The notes beneath the pieces were generated by a model. That model saw only the letters and a list, made by a program, of their open reading frames with translations. It was not told the origin of the DNA and did no database searches. Made by a program: the position numbers and the translations under genes. Below are positions 45,539-55,914 of a stretch of DNA of 64,000 nt, one piece after another; the first letter of the stretch is position 1, and every line of letters starts with the position of its first letter. This stretch comes from Congregibacter sp. GTDB lineage: Bacteria; Pseudomonadota; Gammaproteobacteria; Pseudomonadales; Halieaceae. Location of the stretch: the NCBI RefSeq assembly GCF_047617445.1, contig NZ_JBLGBE010000005.1, forward strand, positions 5,093-69,092, written 5' to 3'.

Positions 45539-46182
45539 TGAGCGATTCTAGAGGCATTCTTTCTCAGGCACCTGTGGTGCCAGTACTGGCAATTGAGGAT
45601 TTGGATCACGCGATCCCCTTGGCAAGAGCACTTGTGGCCGGTGGTATCCCCGTACTAGAAGTCACCTTGCGGACGCCTGCAGGCCTGCCTGCTATCCGCG
45701 CTATCAGTGAGGCTGTGCCCGATGCGATTGTGGGAGCGGGAACGGTCGTCAATGCGCGCGACTTTGAGGCAGCCGTAGAGGCTGGTAGCCGCTTCGTCGT
45801 GACGCCTGGTCTAACCCAGGGCATCCTCGATGCGGCGGTAGGCTCCAGCGTGCCTCTTATTCCCGGGGTTGCTACGGTGAGTGAGCTGATGCGCGCCTTG
45901 GATTACGGCATTGATTGTTTAAAGTTTTTCCCTGCCGAAGCTTCTGGGGGCGCAGCGGCCCTGAAGGCTTTTGCTGGCCCTTTCCCCAACGTGGATTTTT
46001 GTCCCACAGGCGGGATTGGTCTGCACAACATCGATGATTATCTGGCATTGACGTCAGTGCTGACCGTCGGCGGTTCCTGGCTGACCCCCAGTGGACTGCT
46101 TGCAGCACAGGATTGGAATGCGATTACCCGGCTCGCCCGTGAGGCGGTGGACCATGTATTGGCTTTTAGGGCTAAGTCATGA
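45538..46182 (+). CDS. eda: 2-dehydro-3-deoxy-phosphogluconate (KDPG) aldolase
   Basis: 214 aa. Motifs PVLAIEDLDHAIPLARALVAGGIPVLEVTLRTP, LKFFPAEASGG, CPTGGI. Confidence 0.92.
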   Translation: MSDSRGILSQAPVVPVLAIEDLDHAIPLARALVAGGIPVLEVTLRTPAGLPAIRAISEAVPDAIVGAGTVVNARDFEAAVEAGSRFVVTPGLTQGILDAAVGSSVPLIPGVATVSELMRALDYGIDCLKFFPAEASGGAAALKAFAGPFPNVDFCPTGGIGLHNIDDYLALTSVLTVGGSWLTPSGLLAAQDWNAITRLAREAVDHVLAFRAKS

Positions 46183-47660
46183 ATGACACTACGGTAGAAG
46201 CAATTGAGGCGGGTATGGATCTTTTGATCTTTGGCGCTCGCGGAGACTTGTCTGCGCGCAAGCTTTTTCCTGCGCTTTATCACCTGGATAACTGTGAGTT
46301 GTTACCCGCGGGCGTGCGGATTCATGCTCTCGCGCGGGAGGATATTTCGCTAGAGACGTTTCTCAACGACATCAAGGTTCGTGTGCGCAAATATGTCGAT
46401 GATAGTCGTTGGTCAGAGGAGCAATGGAAGAGTTATGCGTCCCGCTTCGTTTATCACCGCATTGATTTCAGTAGTGCCGATGACTTTGGTGCTCTGAGCG
46501 GGGTGCTGGCAGAGGAGCGTCCGGCTTTGTTTTATCTCGCAACGCCGCCGTCGCTGTTTGACCCTATTTGCGAGCACTTAGGAGCCGCAGGTTGTTTGCA
46601 CGGCGACCGACGATTGCTTCTTGAAAAACCTATTGGCCACGACCTCGAGAGTTGCAAGGCAGTGAACGATACGGTGGGCGAGCATTTTTCCGAGGAAGCG
46701 ATTTATCGCGTAGACCATTATCTCGGGAAAGAGACCGTTCAGAATTTGCTGGTGATGCGCTTTGGTAATCGTTTTATCAACACGCAATGGGATCAGGGCT
46801 GCGTGGATCACGTGCAAATCACTGTCGCTGAGCCCATCGGTATTGAAGGCAGGTGGTCCTATTACGACGGCGTGGGACAGCTTCGCGATATGGTGCAAAA
46901 CCACATGATGCAGCTTTTGTGCCTGGTGGCCATGGAGCCGCCAAACTCCATGACGGCCGAAGGCATACGTGACGAAAAAGTAAAAATCGTTCGCGCCCTG
47001 CGCCCTATCGATGAAAGCAACGTGCAGGATCACGCGGTCCGAGGGCAGTACGCCGCTGGATGGCTGCGCGGAGAGTCGGTGCCCGGTTATCTCGAGGAAG
47101 AGGATTGCCCGGCGCAGGATAGCCAGACTGAGACCTACGTAGCGCTCAAGGCATTTATCGATAACTGGCGCTGGGCCGGGGTGCCGTTTTATATGCGCAC
47201 CGGTAAGCGCATGCCCGAAAAACTCACTGAGATCGTAATTACCTACAAGGCCTTGCCACACAATATATTTGCCGGTGCGGGTAGTGAAGACGTGCCCAAC
47301 CGTCTGGTTATTCGCTTGCAGCCCAACGAAGGCATCGAAATGCAGATGGTCTCCAAGCAGCATAGCCTGCGTAACAAAATGGGTTTGGTGACTAAAAATC
47401 TGAATCTGGATTTTCTGGGATCCTCTGAACTGGACAGGATTCCTGATGCCTACGAGCGACTCTTGCTTGATGCAATAAATGCTGACCAATCGCTATTTGT
47501 GGGCCGAGAGGAAATCGAAGAGTCCTGGCGTTGGTGTGATGCGTTGATCGATGCCTGGCAAAAACGCGCACCGACGCTGCAGCCTTATCAGGCAGGTTCC
47601 TGGGGGCCTACAAAAGGCGAACTCTTGATTGAAAAAGACGGAAGAAGCTGGCATGTCTGA
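46179..47660 (+). CDS. zwf: Glucose-6-phosphate 1-dehydrogenase
   Basis: 493 aa. Motifs IFGARGDLSARKLFPAL, RVDHYLGKETVQNL, LRDMVQNH. Confidence 0.95.
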   Translation: MNDTTVEAIEAGMDLLIFGARGDLSARKLFPALYHLDNCELLPAGVRIHALAREDISLETFLNDIKVRVRKYVDDSRWSEEQWKSYASRFVYHRIDFSSADDFGALSGVLAEERPALFYLATPPSLFDPICEHLGAAGCLHGDRRLLLEKPIGHDLESCKAVNDTVGEHFSEEAIYRVDHYLGKETVQNLLVMRFGNRFINTQWDQGCVDHVQITVAEPIGIEGRWSYYDGVGQLRDMVQNHMMQLLCLVAMEPPNSMTAEGIRDEKVKIVRALRPIDESNVQDHAVRGQYAAGWLRGESVPGYLEEEDCPAQDSQTETYVALKAFIDNWRWAGVPFYMRTGKRMPEKLTEIVITYKALPHNIFAGAGSEDVPNRLVIRLQPNEGIEMQMVSKQHSLRNKMGLVTKNLNLDFLGSSELDRIPDAYERLLLDAINADQSLFVGREEIEESWRWCDALIDAWQKRAPTLQPYQAGSWGPTKGELLIEKDGRSWHV

Positions 47661-48351
47661 TAAGTATTTTTTGGAGTTTGAAAGCCGCGCTGCCCTGGAC
47701 GAAAAAATGGCGGAGGACGTTACGGCAGTGCTGCAACAGGCCATTGAGCGTCGCGGTAAAGCGAGTCTGGTGGTGTCGGGTGGCAGCACGCCCAAAGGTT
47801 TTTTTCAGGCCATGGCAGACAAAACGATTGACTGGTCCAAGCTGACGATCACCTTGGCCGATGATCGCTGGGTGCCACCCTCCCATGAAGATAGCAACGA
47901 TCGTCTGGTGCAAGAGAATATGCTCCAGGGTCCTGCCAGTGCAGCAAACTTTGTTCCTCTGGTGACCGAAGACGCTCATCCCCGGGAAGCGGTAGCCGCT
48001 GTTAGCGAGAGTTTGGCCGATCTAGGGACTGTTGATGTAATGATTCTTGGTATGGGCGGCGATGGGCATTTTGCATCGCTCTTTCCCGATAGCGAAACGC
48101 TAAAGCCGGGGCTTGATCTGCGCAGCGGGAACACGCTCATTGCCGTCGACCCTCCCGTGGCACCCCATGCTCGGATGAGTATGACTTTGCCGAGAATATT
48201 CGATACACGGCATTTGCTGGTGCACCTGGTGGGAGATGATAAGAGAGCTATTTGGGATAAGGCCCGCGCTGAACAAGACCCCGAGAACCTGCCCATAGCG
48301 GCGGTGATTGCCAGCCAGTCACCTCTCGCAGAAGTTTATTGGGCGCCTTAG
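47653..48351 (+). CDS. pgl: 6-phosphogluconolactonase
   Basis: About 232 aa. Motifs LVVSGGSTP and ILGMGGDGHFASLFP. I prefer the ATG at 47653, which overlaps the zwf stop (ATGTCTGA). Confidence 0.9.
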   Translation: MSDKYFLEFESRAALDEKMAEDVTAVLQQAIERRGKASLVVSGGSTPKGFFQAMADKTIDWSKLTITLADDRWVPPSHEDSNDRLVQENMLQGPASAANFVPLVTEDAHPREAVAAVSESLADLGTVDVMILGMGGDGHFASLFPDSETLKPGLDLRSGNTLIAVDPPVAPHARMSMTLPRIFDTRHLLVHLVGDDKRAIWDKARAEQDPENLPIAAVIASQSPLAEVYWAP

Positions 48352-48373
48352 CTGCGCCCTGAGGCCTAAACCA

Positions 48374-48721
48374 TCAGATAATGTCCAGCAGAAGCTCGTT
48401 TGGCCTACCGAGCACGGCCTTTTGGCCGTTGATACCAATGGGACGCTGGATAAGCCGTGGATCGCAGGCCATGGCGGTAAACACCTCATTGTCCGAGGCT
48501 GTATCTGAGAGGCCCAGCTTTAGCGCATCTTTTTCACGCAGAAAAACTCGAGGACTGACATTGCCCATCTTTCGGGCGATATCACGCAGTTCGTCTTCGC
48601 TAAGCATGTCGCTTTTGTTCATGTATTTATGCACCTCAGGTTCGACGCCGTTCTCCTGAAGCAGGGCGAGCCCTTTCTTTGAGGAGCCGCAGCCGGTGTG
48701 ATGAATCAGTGTATAAGGCAT
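48374..48721 (-). CDS. arsC: ArsC-family (glutaredoxin-type arsenate reductase/Spx superfamily) protein
   Basis: 115 aa. N-terminal IHHTGCGSSKK (catalytic Cys context), LIQRPI and LGRPNELLLDI resemble R773-type ArsC. Confidence 0.7.
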   Translation of the reverse strand: MPYTLIHHTGCGSSKKGLALLQENGVEPEVHKYMNKSDMLSEDELRDIARKMGNVSPRVFLREKDALKLGLSDTASDNEVFTAMACDPRLIQRPIGINGQKAVLGRPNELLLDII

Positions 48722-48922
48722 GTTTGAACCGTCTTGTTGAAATGTGCGAAGAATTATCGGTCAGGGAAATCCCGATAGGAAGTGCTCATCGTACTTCGGA
48801 GGCCCCTTTTTTAGGAGAGGAAAAAGAGCTGTAGTAACTGGCGTCGCCTGAGCGTTGATAAAGGCTTCGTAGTTGGAATGAAGAGGGTTTAGGATAAGCT
48901 TCCTGTTTAGCAAGGTCCTGAC

Positions 48923-49912
48923 ATGCACATAGTGGATAAACCTTCTTTTGCTGATATCGAGGCCGCGGCGCAGCGTATCGCGCCTTGCGCAACACGCACG
49001 CCATTATTGCAAAACCGTTTCCTTGATGAACAGACCGGAAGACGCGTCTTTCTGAAGCCCGAAACCTTGCAAGTCAGTGGGAGTTTTAAGTTTCGCGGGG
49101 CCTACAATCGTATTGCAAAACTGACGCCCGCTGAGCGTAAAGCCGGTGTGATCGCTTGGTCTTCTGGGAACCATGCCCAGGGCGTGGCCGCGGCGGCAAA
49201 GCTTGAGGGGGTGCCGGCGCGAATAGTGATGCCGGAAGATGCGCCGGCCATCAAGCTGGAGAACACCCGGGCGCTAGGGGCGCAGGTGATTACCTATGAT
49301 CGCTACCGTGAGGATCGAGAGGCAATCAGCTATGCCTTAGCGGAGCGGGACGGTGGCGTGATCGTTCCGTCCTACGATGACCTGGACATCATCGCGGGGC
49401 AGGGTACCGCGGGCCTGGAGATATTCCGGGATGCCGCCGCGCTGTCGGAGCCTCTGGATGCTTTGTTGATTTGCTGTGGCGGTGGCGGACTCACCGCGGG
49501 CTGCGCGCTAGTCGCAGAGGCCCTGAGTCCTGAGACCGCAATCTTTTGTGTGGAGCCGCAGCACTACGATGATCATGCGCGGTCGCTAGTGTCCGGTGAG
49601 CGTGAAGTCGCAGATACATCCCGCCCGTCTATTTGTGACGCACTGTTGTCGCCCACGCCGGGGGCCCTAACTTTTCCTATCAATCAACGCTTGTTAACGG
49701 GTGGGCTTGTGGTGTCTGAGTCAGAGGTAGAAGCCGCCATGCGTTATGCGTTTCGGGTGTTAAAGTTGGTAGTTGAGCCGGGCGGAGCGGTAGCCCTGGC
49801 TGCACTTTTATCGGGTAAGCTCGACGAACGATACAGCTCCGTCGCTGTGATACTCAGTGGTGGTAATGTGGATCCTCGAGTATTCTCAGACATTCTCACC
49901 AAGGGCAGCTAG
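48923..49912 (+). CDS. PLP-dependent threonine/serine dehydratase family enzyme (serine racemase / hydroxyaspartate ammonia-lyase-like)
   Basis: 329 aa. The PLP-lysine motif LQVSGSFKFRGAYN, SSGNHAQGVA and the glycine-rich loop CCGGGGL are present. Confidence 0.8.
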   Translation: MHIVDKPSFADIEAAAQRIAPCATRTPLLQNRFLDEQTGRRVFLKPETLQVSGSFKFRGAYNRIAKLTPAERKAGVIAWSSGNHAQGVAAAAKLEGVPARIVMPEDAPAIKLENTRALGAQVITYDRYREDREAISYALAERDGGVIVPSYDDLDIIAGQGTAGLEIFRDAAALSEPLDALLICCGGGGLTAGCALVAEALSPETAIFCVEPQHYDDHARSLVSGEREVADTSRPSICDALLSPTPGALTFPINQRLLTGGLVVSESEVEAAMRYAFRVLKLVVEPGGAVALAALLSGKLDERYSSVAVILSGGNVDPRVFSDILTKGS

Positions 49913-49963
49913 ATGTCAGCAAATGCCAGGGAGTTATCTAATGAAAGCTGTGAGGCTTAGCCT

Positions 49964-51367
49964 GTGAGTATCAGTGCCTTTGACCTGTTCAAAGTAGGGA
50001 TAGGCCCCTCCAGTTCACATACGGTGGGCCCCATGGTTGCGGCCCGTCGTTTTGCTATGGGTTTACAGGACGCGGGTCTACTGTCATCAGTGTCTAAGTT
50101 GAAGGTTGAGTTGTTTGGATCTCTGGGCGCTACCGGCGCTGGTCACGGTTCTCCCAAGGCAATCATCCTGGGCTTGATGGGTGAGCTTCCGGAGTCGGTA
50201 GATGTGAATGAGATCACGTCTTGCGTGGAATCGGTTCGTGAAACCGGCGCTCTAGACTTGCTCAGGACTCATTGCATTGCATTTAGCTATCGCGATGATC
50301 TCATCATGCATCGCCAGGAATCACTGCCGTATCACGCGAACGGGATGCGCTTCAGCGCTTTTGACAACGACGGCAATACCTTGGTAAGCGAGGTTTTTTA
50401 CTCTGTCGGTGGTGGTTTTGTGGTGGACGAGTCGGCTGCCTCGGGAGAGCAGCTCATCGTGGACGACCCCACTGTGTTGCCATATGCCTTTAGTACCGCG
50501 GACGGACTGTTAGCGCTGTGTCGCGAGCATGGTCTGTCTATTAGTAGCTTGATGATGGAGAACGAAAAAGCCTGGCGTCCTGAAGCTGAGATCCGCAGGA
50601 ATCTGCTGGCGCTTTGGCAGGTGATGGATGCCTGTATTGAGCGTGGTTGTCGCACAGAAGGCATTATGCCCGGAGGGCTTAAGGTGCGTCGGCGGGCGGC
50701 GCAGCTTCATAGACAGCTTAAGAGCCAGTCAAATGATTTTGGCGATCCGTCCTTGAACACCATGGACTGGGTGACGCTCTATGCATTAGCGGTGAATGAA
50801 GAAAACGCCGTGGGTGGCCGCGTTGTCACTGCACCGACGAATGGTGCCGCGGGTATTATTCCGGCAGTGCTCAAATATTACTTAACGCACTGCCAGGGCA
50901 GCAGTGAGAACGATATTTGTCGATATCTTCTCACTGCGGCTGCCGTGGGCATTCTCTACAAGATCAACGCGTCTATTTCCGGGGCAGAGGTGGGCTGTCA
51001 GGGGGAGGTTGGTTCTGCCTGTTCTATGGCAGCGGCGGCTTTAGCTGACGCACTGGGAGGTACTCCGGCCCAGGTTGAGAATGCGGCAGAAATAGCGATG
51101 GAACACAATCTTGGCCTGACCTGCGACCCTATTGGTGGTTTGGTGCAGGTTCCCTGCATTGAGCGAAACGCTATGGGCGCCATCAAGGCTATCTCGGCGG
51201 CGCGCATGGCGCTTCGAGGCTCAGGAGAGCATTACGTGTCCCTCGATCAGGTTATCAAGACCATGCGTGACACCGGCCGGGACATGCAGGACAAATACAA
51301 AGAAACGTCACGCGGGGGGTTGGCGGTGAACGTGCTGGCTGTGCCGGTCAACTTTGTTGAGTGTTAG
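49964..51367 (+). CDS. sdaA: L-serine ammonia-lyase (iron-sulfur dependent, fused alpha/beta)
   Basis: 467 aa with a GTG start. Motifs [42 protein letters not shown], and the C-terminus ...GGLAVN...VEC. Confidence 0.92.
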   Translation: MSISAFDLFKVGIGPSSSHTVGPMVAARRFAMGLQDAGLLSSVSKLKVELFGSLGATGAGHGSPKAIILGLMGELPESVDVNEITSCVESVRETGALDLLRTHCIAFSYRDDLIMHRQESLPYHANGMRFSAFDNDGNTLVSEVFYSVGGGFVVDESAASGEQLIVDDPTVLPYAFSTADGLLALCREHGLSISSLMMENEKAWRPEAEIRRNLLALWQVMDACIERGCRTEGIMPGGLKVRRRAAQLHRQLKSQSNDFGDPSLNTMDWVTLYALAVNEENAVGGRVVTAPTNGAAGIIPAVLKYYLTHCQGSSENDICRYLLTAAAVGILYKINASISGAEVGCQGEVGSACSMAAAALADALGGTPAQVENAAEIAMEHNLGLTCDPIGGLVQVPCIERNAMGAIKAISAARMALRGSGEHYVSLDQVIKTMRDTGRDMQDKYKETSRGGLAVNVLAVPVNFVEC

Positions 51368-53483
51368 GGGATGCCCAGGGGCCGAGCTTTATCAGCGCAC
51401 AGTGACCATAGCGAAGACAGGGCACCCTGAGGCCTGCGAGCTGCAGCACGTCACCCGAGATCGGCCATACGCCACCCTCGTGCCAAGCGCTGCTGTGCTG
51501 CACGAAGTCCCCATCTTCAGGGTTCAGTAACTCTAGATCAAACTGCTTCCCGCTTACGCAGGCCGGTAGCCGAATTATCGGAGGTTGGGCGTTTTGCGGG
51601 TACCCGCGGCGAAGAACAAAAAGGAGCCCTCCGGACATGCTTGCGTTGAACATCAGCACGGCGTCCAGGCTGGGTTCGTCGATATCTAAATAGTAAAAAT
51701 CTGCGTGAGAGAGACTCTCGCGCTCTGCTTTGAAAAACCTTGTCCACCGTTGGACGGTGGAACGTTCCTCTTCCCGAAGTTCCTGAGGATTTAGCTCGAG
51801 ACCCATATGTCCCTGCAATGCAACGATGCAGCGTGTTGATAGCGGCAGGCGAGCTGCTGATGTGGATGAGGGACTGGCTCCCACGTGTGTCCCGATAAGG
51901 GCCGGTGGTAGCAGGCTACTGACATGCTTCATGACATCAAAGCGCTGCATTGGATCCATACTGTCGCTGGGCCAGATTCGGTGACTGTGCGCGAGTGCTC
52001 CGGCGTCTGTGCGACCCCCGCCGGCAGCACAGGACTCAATAGTGATATGCGGATAGTGGCTGTGGACCTCCTCCAGTAAGGCATACCAAGCCTCAGTCAT
52101 CGCTATCGGTGTTGCCATACTGCCAAAGCCGACCTGAGCATGGTCGCGATTCATGTCCCACTTGAGATAGTCTGGTCCGCAGTCTTTGATCAGACGATGC
52201 AGGCATTCGAGTATGTGATTTTGGACTTCTGGGAGGCAGAGGTTGAGCAAGTACTGTTTTCGGCCAGATACCGAATCGCGATGTGGCATACGGATCACCC
52301 AATCATCGTGTTCCTTAGCGACCCGAGAGTCGAAGGTGACCATTTCGGGCTCTACCCATAAGCCAAAAGACATGCCCAGTTTTCGGGCGTACGCCGCAAC
52401 GGGTTTTAAGCCTTGGGGATAACGCACAGGGCAGGGTATCCAATCGCCGAGTCCGCAGCCTATGCCTACTCGGCCTTGCATCCAGCCATCGTCCAATACA
52501 AAGCGTTCGGCACCGAGTGCTTGAGCCTCGTCCATGAGTTTGCAACTGCTCTTGGCATCGTGGGTAAAATAATTCGATTCCCAGCTATTAAAATGTACTG
52601 GCCTGGCGAGTGTTGAATCGAAACCTTTGCGCGTGTACCAGTAGCGGCGAAACTGACTACGCAGGCCATTAACCCCGTCCTCGCTCAATGCGAACAGGGC
52701 GGGAGGACTACTCCAACTCTGCCCCGGGTTCAGGCAGACTTCACCTGCCTGAAGTGCAATGCCTGCCTGCAAGCTATGCCCCCCGGCAGGAGATGGCTCA
52801 ATCCGTAGTCTGTGATTGCCGCTCCATTCGAGGCTTGTTAGAAACACCTGCTTTCGTTCTTGACTAAAGCCGTGTTCACCGCTGATTAGGCAGGGAAAGC
52901 TTTGGTGGGAACTGCGTCCTCGATTGCTGCTGATGTCTAGGGAGTGTTGTCCGAGGAAGACTCGCTCACACAGCAGTTCATTCGCCCAAAAACCACCGTA
53001 GCGCTCCACTTCTCTATGTGACGGGGGCAAGGGCATATGTATCGAAGCGAGCCAGTCTACATTCAGGGATGTGTCGTATGAGGTGTTGGTGATGGTGCTG
53101 TGGCTAGAAAAGACACCAGATGCCGAGCTTTTGATGGAGATGTTAACGGCAACTTGGGACTGCGCGTCTGCTAGTTGGACGTCTAAGACATCAGGTGATG
53201 AGCAGCAGTTGACGACACTCAAGTCGATCAGTAGCGCCTGGCCGTTGCGTCGAGCAAGCAAGGCTGTCTGCGCTTGTGAATACCCGTCTTGTGTTGGAAA
53301 GCCCTGGGGTCGAAATTCGCTATCAAGTTCGCCGTGGGGTGTGAGCGCGTTGGTAAGTAGCGGGATTTCGCTGAGATTCAGATCTTGGGGCAGTAGACCG
53401 CCTAAATAGCAGACCTGAAACTGATTTTCGGAACAGTCAACAAGCAGCGTACTGGAGCCGGCATCCAGGCGACTCAGGCTCAC
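51348..53483 (-). CDS. Alpha-galactosidase (GH36)
   Basis: 711 aa with no signal peptide. Motifs [21 protein letters not shown] and ESCAAGGGR are typical of GH36 catalytic (beta/alpha)8 domains. Confidence 0.85.
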   Translation of the reverse strand: MSLSRLDAGSSTLLVDCSENQFQVCYLGGLLPQDLNLSEIPLLTNALTPHGELDSEFRPQGFPTQDGYSQAQTALLARRNGQALLIDLSVVNCCSSPDVLDVQLADAQSQVAVNISIKSSASGVFSSHSTITNTSYDTSLNVDWLASIHMPLPPSHREVERYGGFWANELLCERVFLGQHSLDISSNRGRSSHQSFPCLISGEHGFSQERKQVFLTSLEWSGNHRLRIEPSPAGGHSLQAGIALQAGEVCLNPGQSWSSPPALFALSEDGVNGLRSQFRRYWYTRKGFDSTLARPVHFNSWESNYFTHDAKSSCKLMDEAQALGAERFVLDDGWMQGRVGIGCGLGDWIPCPVRYPQGLKPVAAYARKLGMSFGLWVEPEMVTFDSRVAKEHDDWVIRMPHRDSVSGRKQYLLNLCLPEVQNHILECLHRLIKDCGPDYLKWDMNRDHAQVGFGSMATPIAMTEAWYALLEEVHSHYPHITIESCAAGGGRTDAGALAHSHRIWPSDSMDPMQRFDVMKHVSSLLPPALIGTHVGASPSSTSAARLPLSTRCIVALQGHMGLELNPQELREEERSTVQRWTRFFKAERESLSHADFYYLDIDEPSLDAVLMFNASMSGGLLFVLRRGYPQNAQPPIIRLPACVSGKQFDLELLNPEDGDFVQHSSAWHEGGVWPISGDVLQLAGLRVPCLRYGHCALIKLGPWASPNTQQS

Positions 53484-54904
53484 ACCGGCAGCGCCTTTCC
53501 GAATGACAGCTTGGCCCGTCCATTGAAGAAGAGTCGATTGCTAATCAGTGCAACTGCAATACAGAAAAACAGCGTGACCGCCATAAGGTGGATGTAGTGA
53601 ATGGGCGTCCACACAAAAGAGAAAATGGCGTAAAGCGCGACACCACTGACCAGGGCGATCCCCGCTGCTCCCGCCGCGACTCCACTGAACACGAGGCCCA
53701 CAATAAACACCGAGAGTATGGGCATGCTCAGCAATCCGTTAAGTTGTTGCACAAGATTGATAATGCTTTCGGCGCCATCGTAGACCGGCACCAGGAAGAG
53801 AGAGCAGGCGACGAATACGATGGAAACGACTACGTTGAGTCGATGCACATTGGCGTCTTTATTCACATACGGTTCGTGAAGATCGATGACGTACAGCGTC
53901 GACGAAGAGTTTAAAACACTGTTGAAGCTGGTGAGCACCGCCGCGACCATCATCGCTGCGAAGGTGCCGGAGAGCCATCCGGGCAGCAGATCAGCTACCA
54001 GTGTGCCAAAGGTTGCATCGCCGATATCGCCGTAGAGTTTGTAGGCGCAGATACCAGGAATAACAATAATCGCTGGGACTATGAGCAAGCGTATTGCCGC
54101 TGCAGCGAGAACACCGCGTTGGGCTTCCTTTACGTTGGGAGCTGCCATAGCTCGCTGGGTAATTGTCTGGTTGGTGCTCCAGTAAAAAATCTGGATGAAT
54201 AGCATGCCGGTAAACAGCGTCGTCCAGGGAATGGGTGAGTCCGGTCCGCCGATCATGGTGAGACGCTCCGCAGGAATACCGGAGAAATCAAAGTCAATGG
54301 CATCTAAAGAGAGCCAGACCACGAGAAGACTAAGGCTTAAGAGTCCGATGCCGCTCAGGGTGTCCGATACGGCGACTGCGCGTAGACCGCCGAAGATTGC
54401 ATAGGACGAGCCCAGTGTTGCGAGCGCACAGGCGATAGTCAGTGTGGATGCCTCAAGGCCGAACATGGACTTGAGAAATAACGACCCCGTGTACAGCATG
54501 ATCGGAAGATATAAAAACACGTTGCCCATAAGAAACAGGATCGAAACCAAAGAGCGCAGCGATTGTCGTCCGTAGCGCTTTTCCAGTAGCTCTGTGGTGG
54601 TGGCGCAGTCGTAATGGTAATAGATGGGCACAAATACAAAGGCAAGTACAAGTAAGCCGACCACCGCAGCGAGCTCCCACCAGGCGAGCAGCAGCATCTG
54701 ATTGCCGTTCATACCCACGAGTTGATCTGTACTAAGGTTGGTTAAGGTGATGGAGCCAGCAATGAAGTACCAAGATAGTGTTCGTCCGGCTAAAAAATAC
54801 TCAGCGTTATCGTCTCCGCTTCGCGGTGCTTTTCGGCACTGCAGATAGGTGAAGACGGCGATGGCCGCGGTTATGGCCGCAAAAACCACGAACTGTGTAT
54901 TCAT
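53480..54904 (-). CDS. Sodium:solute symporter (SSS) family transporter
   Basis: 474 aa, about 13 TM segments. N-terminus YFLAGRTLSWYFIAGSITLTNLSTDQLVG is typical of SGLT/PutP-type SSS proteins. It has 4-nt overlaps with both neighbouring genes. Confidence 0.8.
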   Translation of the reverse strand: MNTQFVVFAAITAAIAVFTYLQCRKAPRSGDDNAEYFLAGRTLSWYFIAGSITLTNLSTDQLVGMNGNQMLLLAWWELAAVVGLLVLAFVFVPIYYHYDCATTTELLEKRYGRQSLRSLVSILFLMGNVFLYLPIMLYTGSLFLKSMFGLEASTLTIACALATLGSSYAIFGGLRAVAVSDTLSGIGLLSLSLLVVWLSLDAIDFDFSGIPAERLTMIGGPDSPIPWTTLFTGMLFIQIFYWSTNQTITQRAMAAPNVKEAQRGVLAAAAIRLLIVPAIIVIPGICAYKLYGDIGDATFGTLVADLLPGWLSGTFAAMMVAAVLTSFNSVLNSSSTLYVIDLHEPYVNKDANVHRLNVVVSIVFVACSLFLVPVYDGAESIINLVQQLNGLLSMPILSVFIVGLVFSGVAAGAAGIALVSGVALYAIFSFVWTPIHYIHLMAVTLFFCIAVALISNRLFFNGRAKLSFGKALPV

Positions 54905-55914
54905 GACATGACCTTGCGTAGTTGTTCGGCCGCGCGCTCTGGCGTTAAGTCTCTTTGAGATTCACCGAGCATCTCAAAACCCACCATGTGTTTTCTTACC
55001 GTTGCGGAGCGAAGCAGGGGCGGGAAAAAATGGGCATGCAATTGCCAGGGTTCTTTACTCGCCGATGTGGGTGCCCCGTGCCAACCCATGGAGTAGGGGA
55101 AAGGTACACAGAAGAGCTGATCATAGGCTCCAAGCAAACGTTTTAGTATGTCAGCCAGAGAGCTGCGCTGAGTGGCCGTTAGATCCTGCATCCTGGCTAC
55201 CTGATGCAAGGGCAGTAGCAAAACCTCGTAGGGCCAGGTTGCCCACCAGGGCACGACGGCGATCCAGTGATCGTTGCTGCAGACAACTCGTTGGGACTTG
55301 CCACGTTCTTTATGCGCGTAATCGAGCAGCATCGGTAGCCCGTGCTTGTCGAGATAGGCAGATTGCTGGCGGGCCTCCACGATGATTTCACTAGGTAGAT
55401 TGTCTAGAGCCCAGACCTGACCATGGGGGTGGGCGTTCGAGCAGCCCATGGTTGCCCCGCGGTTTTCGAAAATCTGTACGTGCTCGTAATCTCGGCTCAG
55501 CGAGGCTGTTTCGTCCGCCCAGGTTCTAATAACGGCGAGAAGTTGCTCTTCGTCCATGCTCGCCAGTGTTAGATCATGTCTTGGGCTATAACAAATCACC
55601 CTGCAGCGGCCCTCTACACTGCTGGCACGAAAAAGAGCGTCGTCCGATTGAGTGGGCCCGGCTCCAGTAAGTAGTGCCGGATAATCATTATCGAAAACGA
55701 AGACATCGGTGTATTGCGGGTTTCGTGCGCCTCCAGCGCGATCGTTACCGGGACATAGGTAGCAGTCGCTGCTGTAAGAGGGTTCTTCGGGCGGGGTTTC
55801 TTCTACCTGACCTTGCCAGGGGCGTTGGTCCCTTTGTGGCGAAACCAGGACCCAGCGATCAGCCAATGGGTTGTAGCGGCGATGCGGATGATTGTCGCTC
55901 ATGTCCAATTCCAT
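54901..55914 (-). CDS. galT: Galactose-1-phosphate uridylyltransferase
   Basis: 337 aa. The zinc site CYLCPGN and active site SNAHPHGQVWA (HPH) are present. Confidence 0.92.
   Translation of the reverse strand: MELDMSDNHPHRRYNPLADRWVLVSPQRDQRPWQGQVEETPPEEPSYSSDCYLCPGNDRAGGARNPQYTDVFVFDNDYPALLTGAGPTQSDDALFRASSVEGRCRVICYSPRHDLTLASMDEEQLLAVIRTWADETASLSRDYEHVQIFENRGATMGCSNAHPHGQVWALDNLPSEIIVEARQQSAYLDKHGLPMLLDYAHKERGKSQRVVCSNDHWIAVVPWWATWPYEVLLLPLHQVARMQDLTATQRSSLADILKRLLGAYDQLFCVPFPYSMGWHGAPTSASKEPWQLHAHFFPPLLRSATVRKHMVGFEMLGESQRDLTPERAAEQLRKVMS

Noticed and set aside
46578-47489. 303-aa ORF antisense to zwf. Similar long antisense ORFs lie at 38125..38886 (in gap), 6921..7493 (in the TonB receptor), 17418..18032 (in the ureohydrolase), 20835..21278 and 21214..21732 (in urtB), and 11502..12041 (in the sulfatase).
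   Set aside because: Each lies opposite a gene with unmistakable family motifs. Their translations are low-complexity and Arg/His/Ser/Pro-rich with no recognisable motifs or ribosome-binding sites. Long stop-free antisense frames are expected in GC-rich coding DNA.
48341-48359. 6-bp GC stem (GGGCGC / GCGCCC) around the pgl stop codon as a terminator
   Set aside because: The stem is short, the loop contains the stop codon, and there is no U-tract in either direction. The evidence is insufficient.
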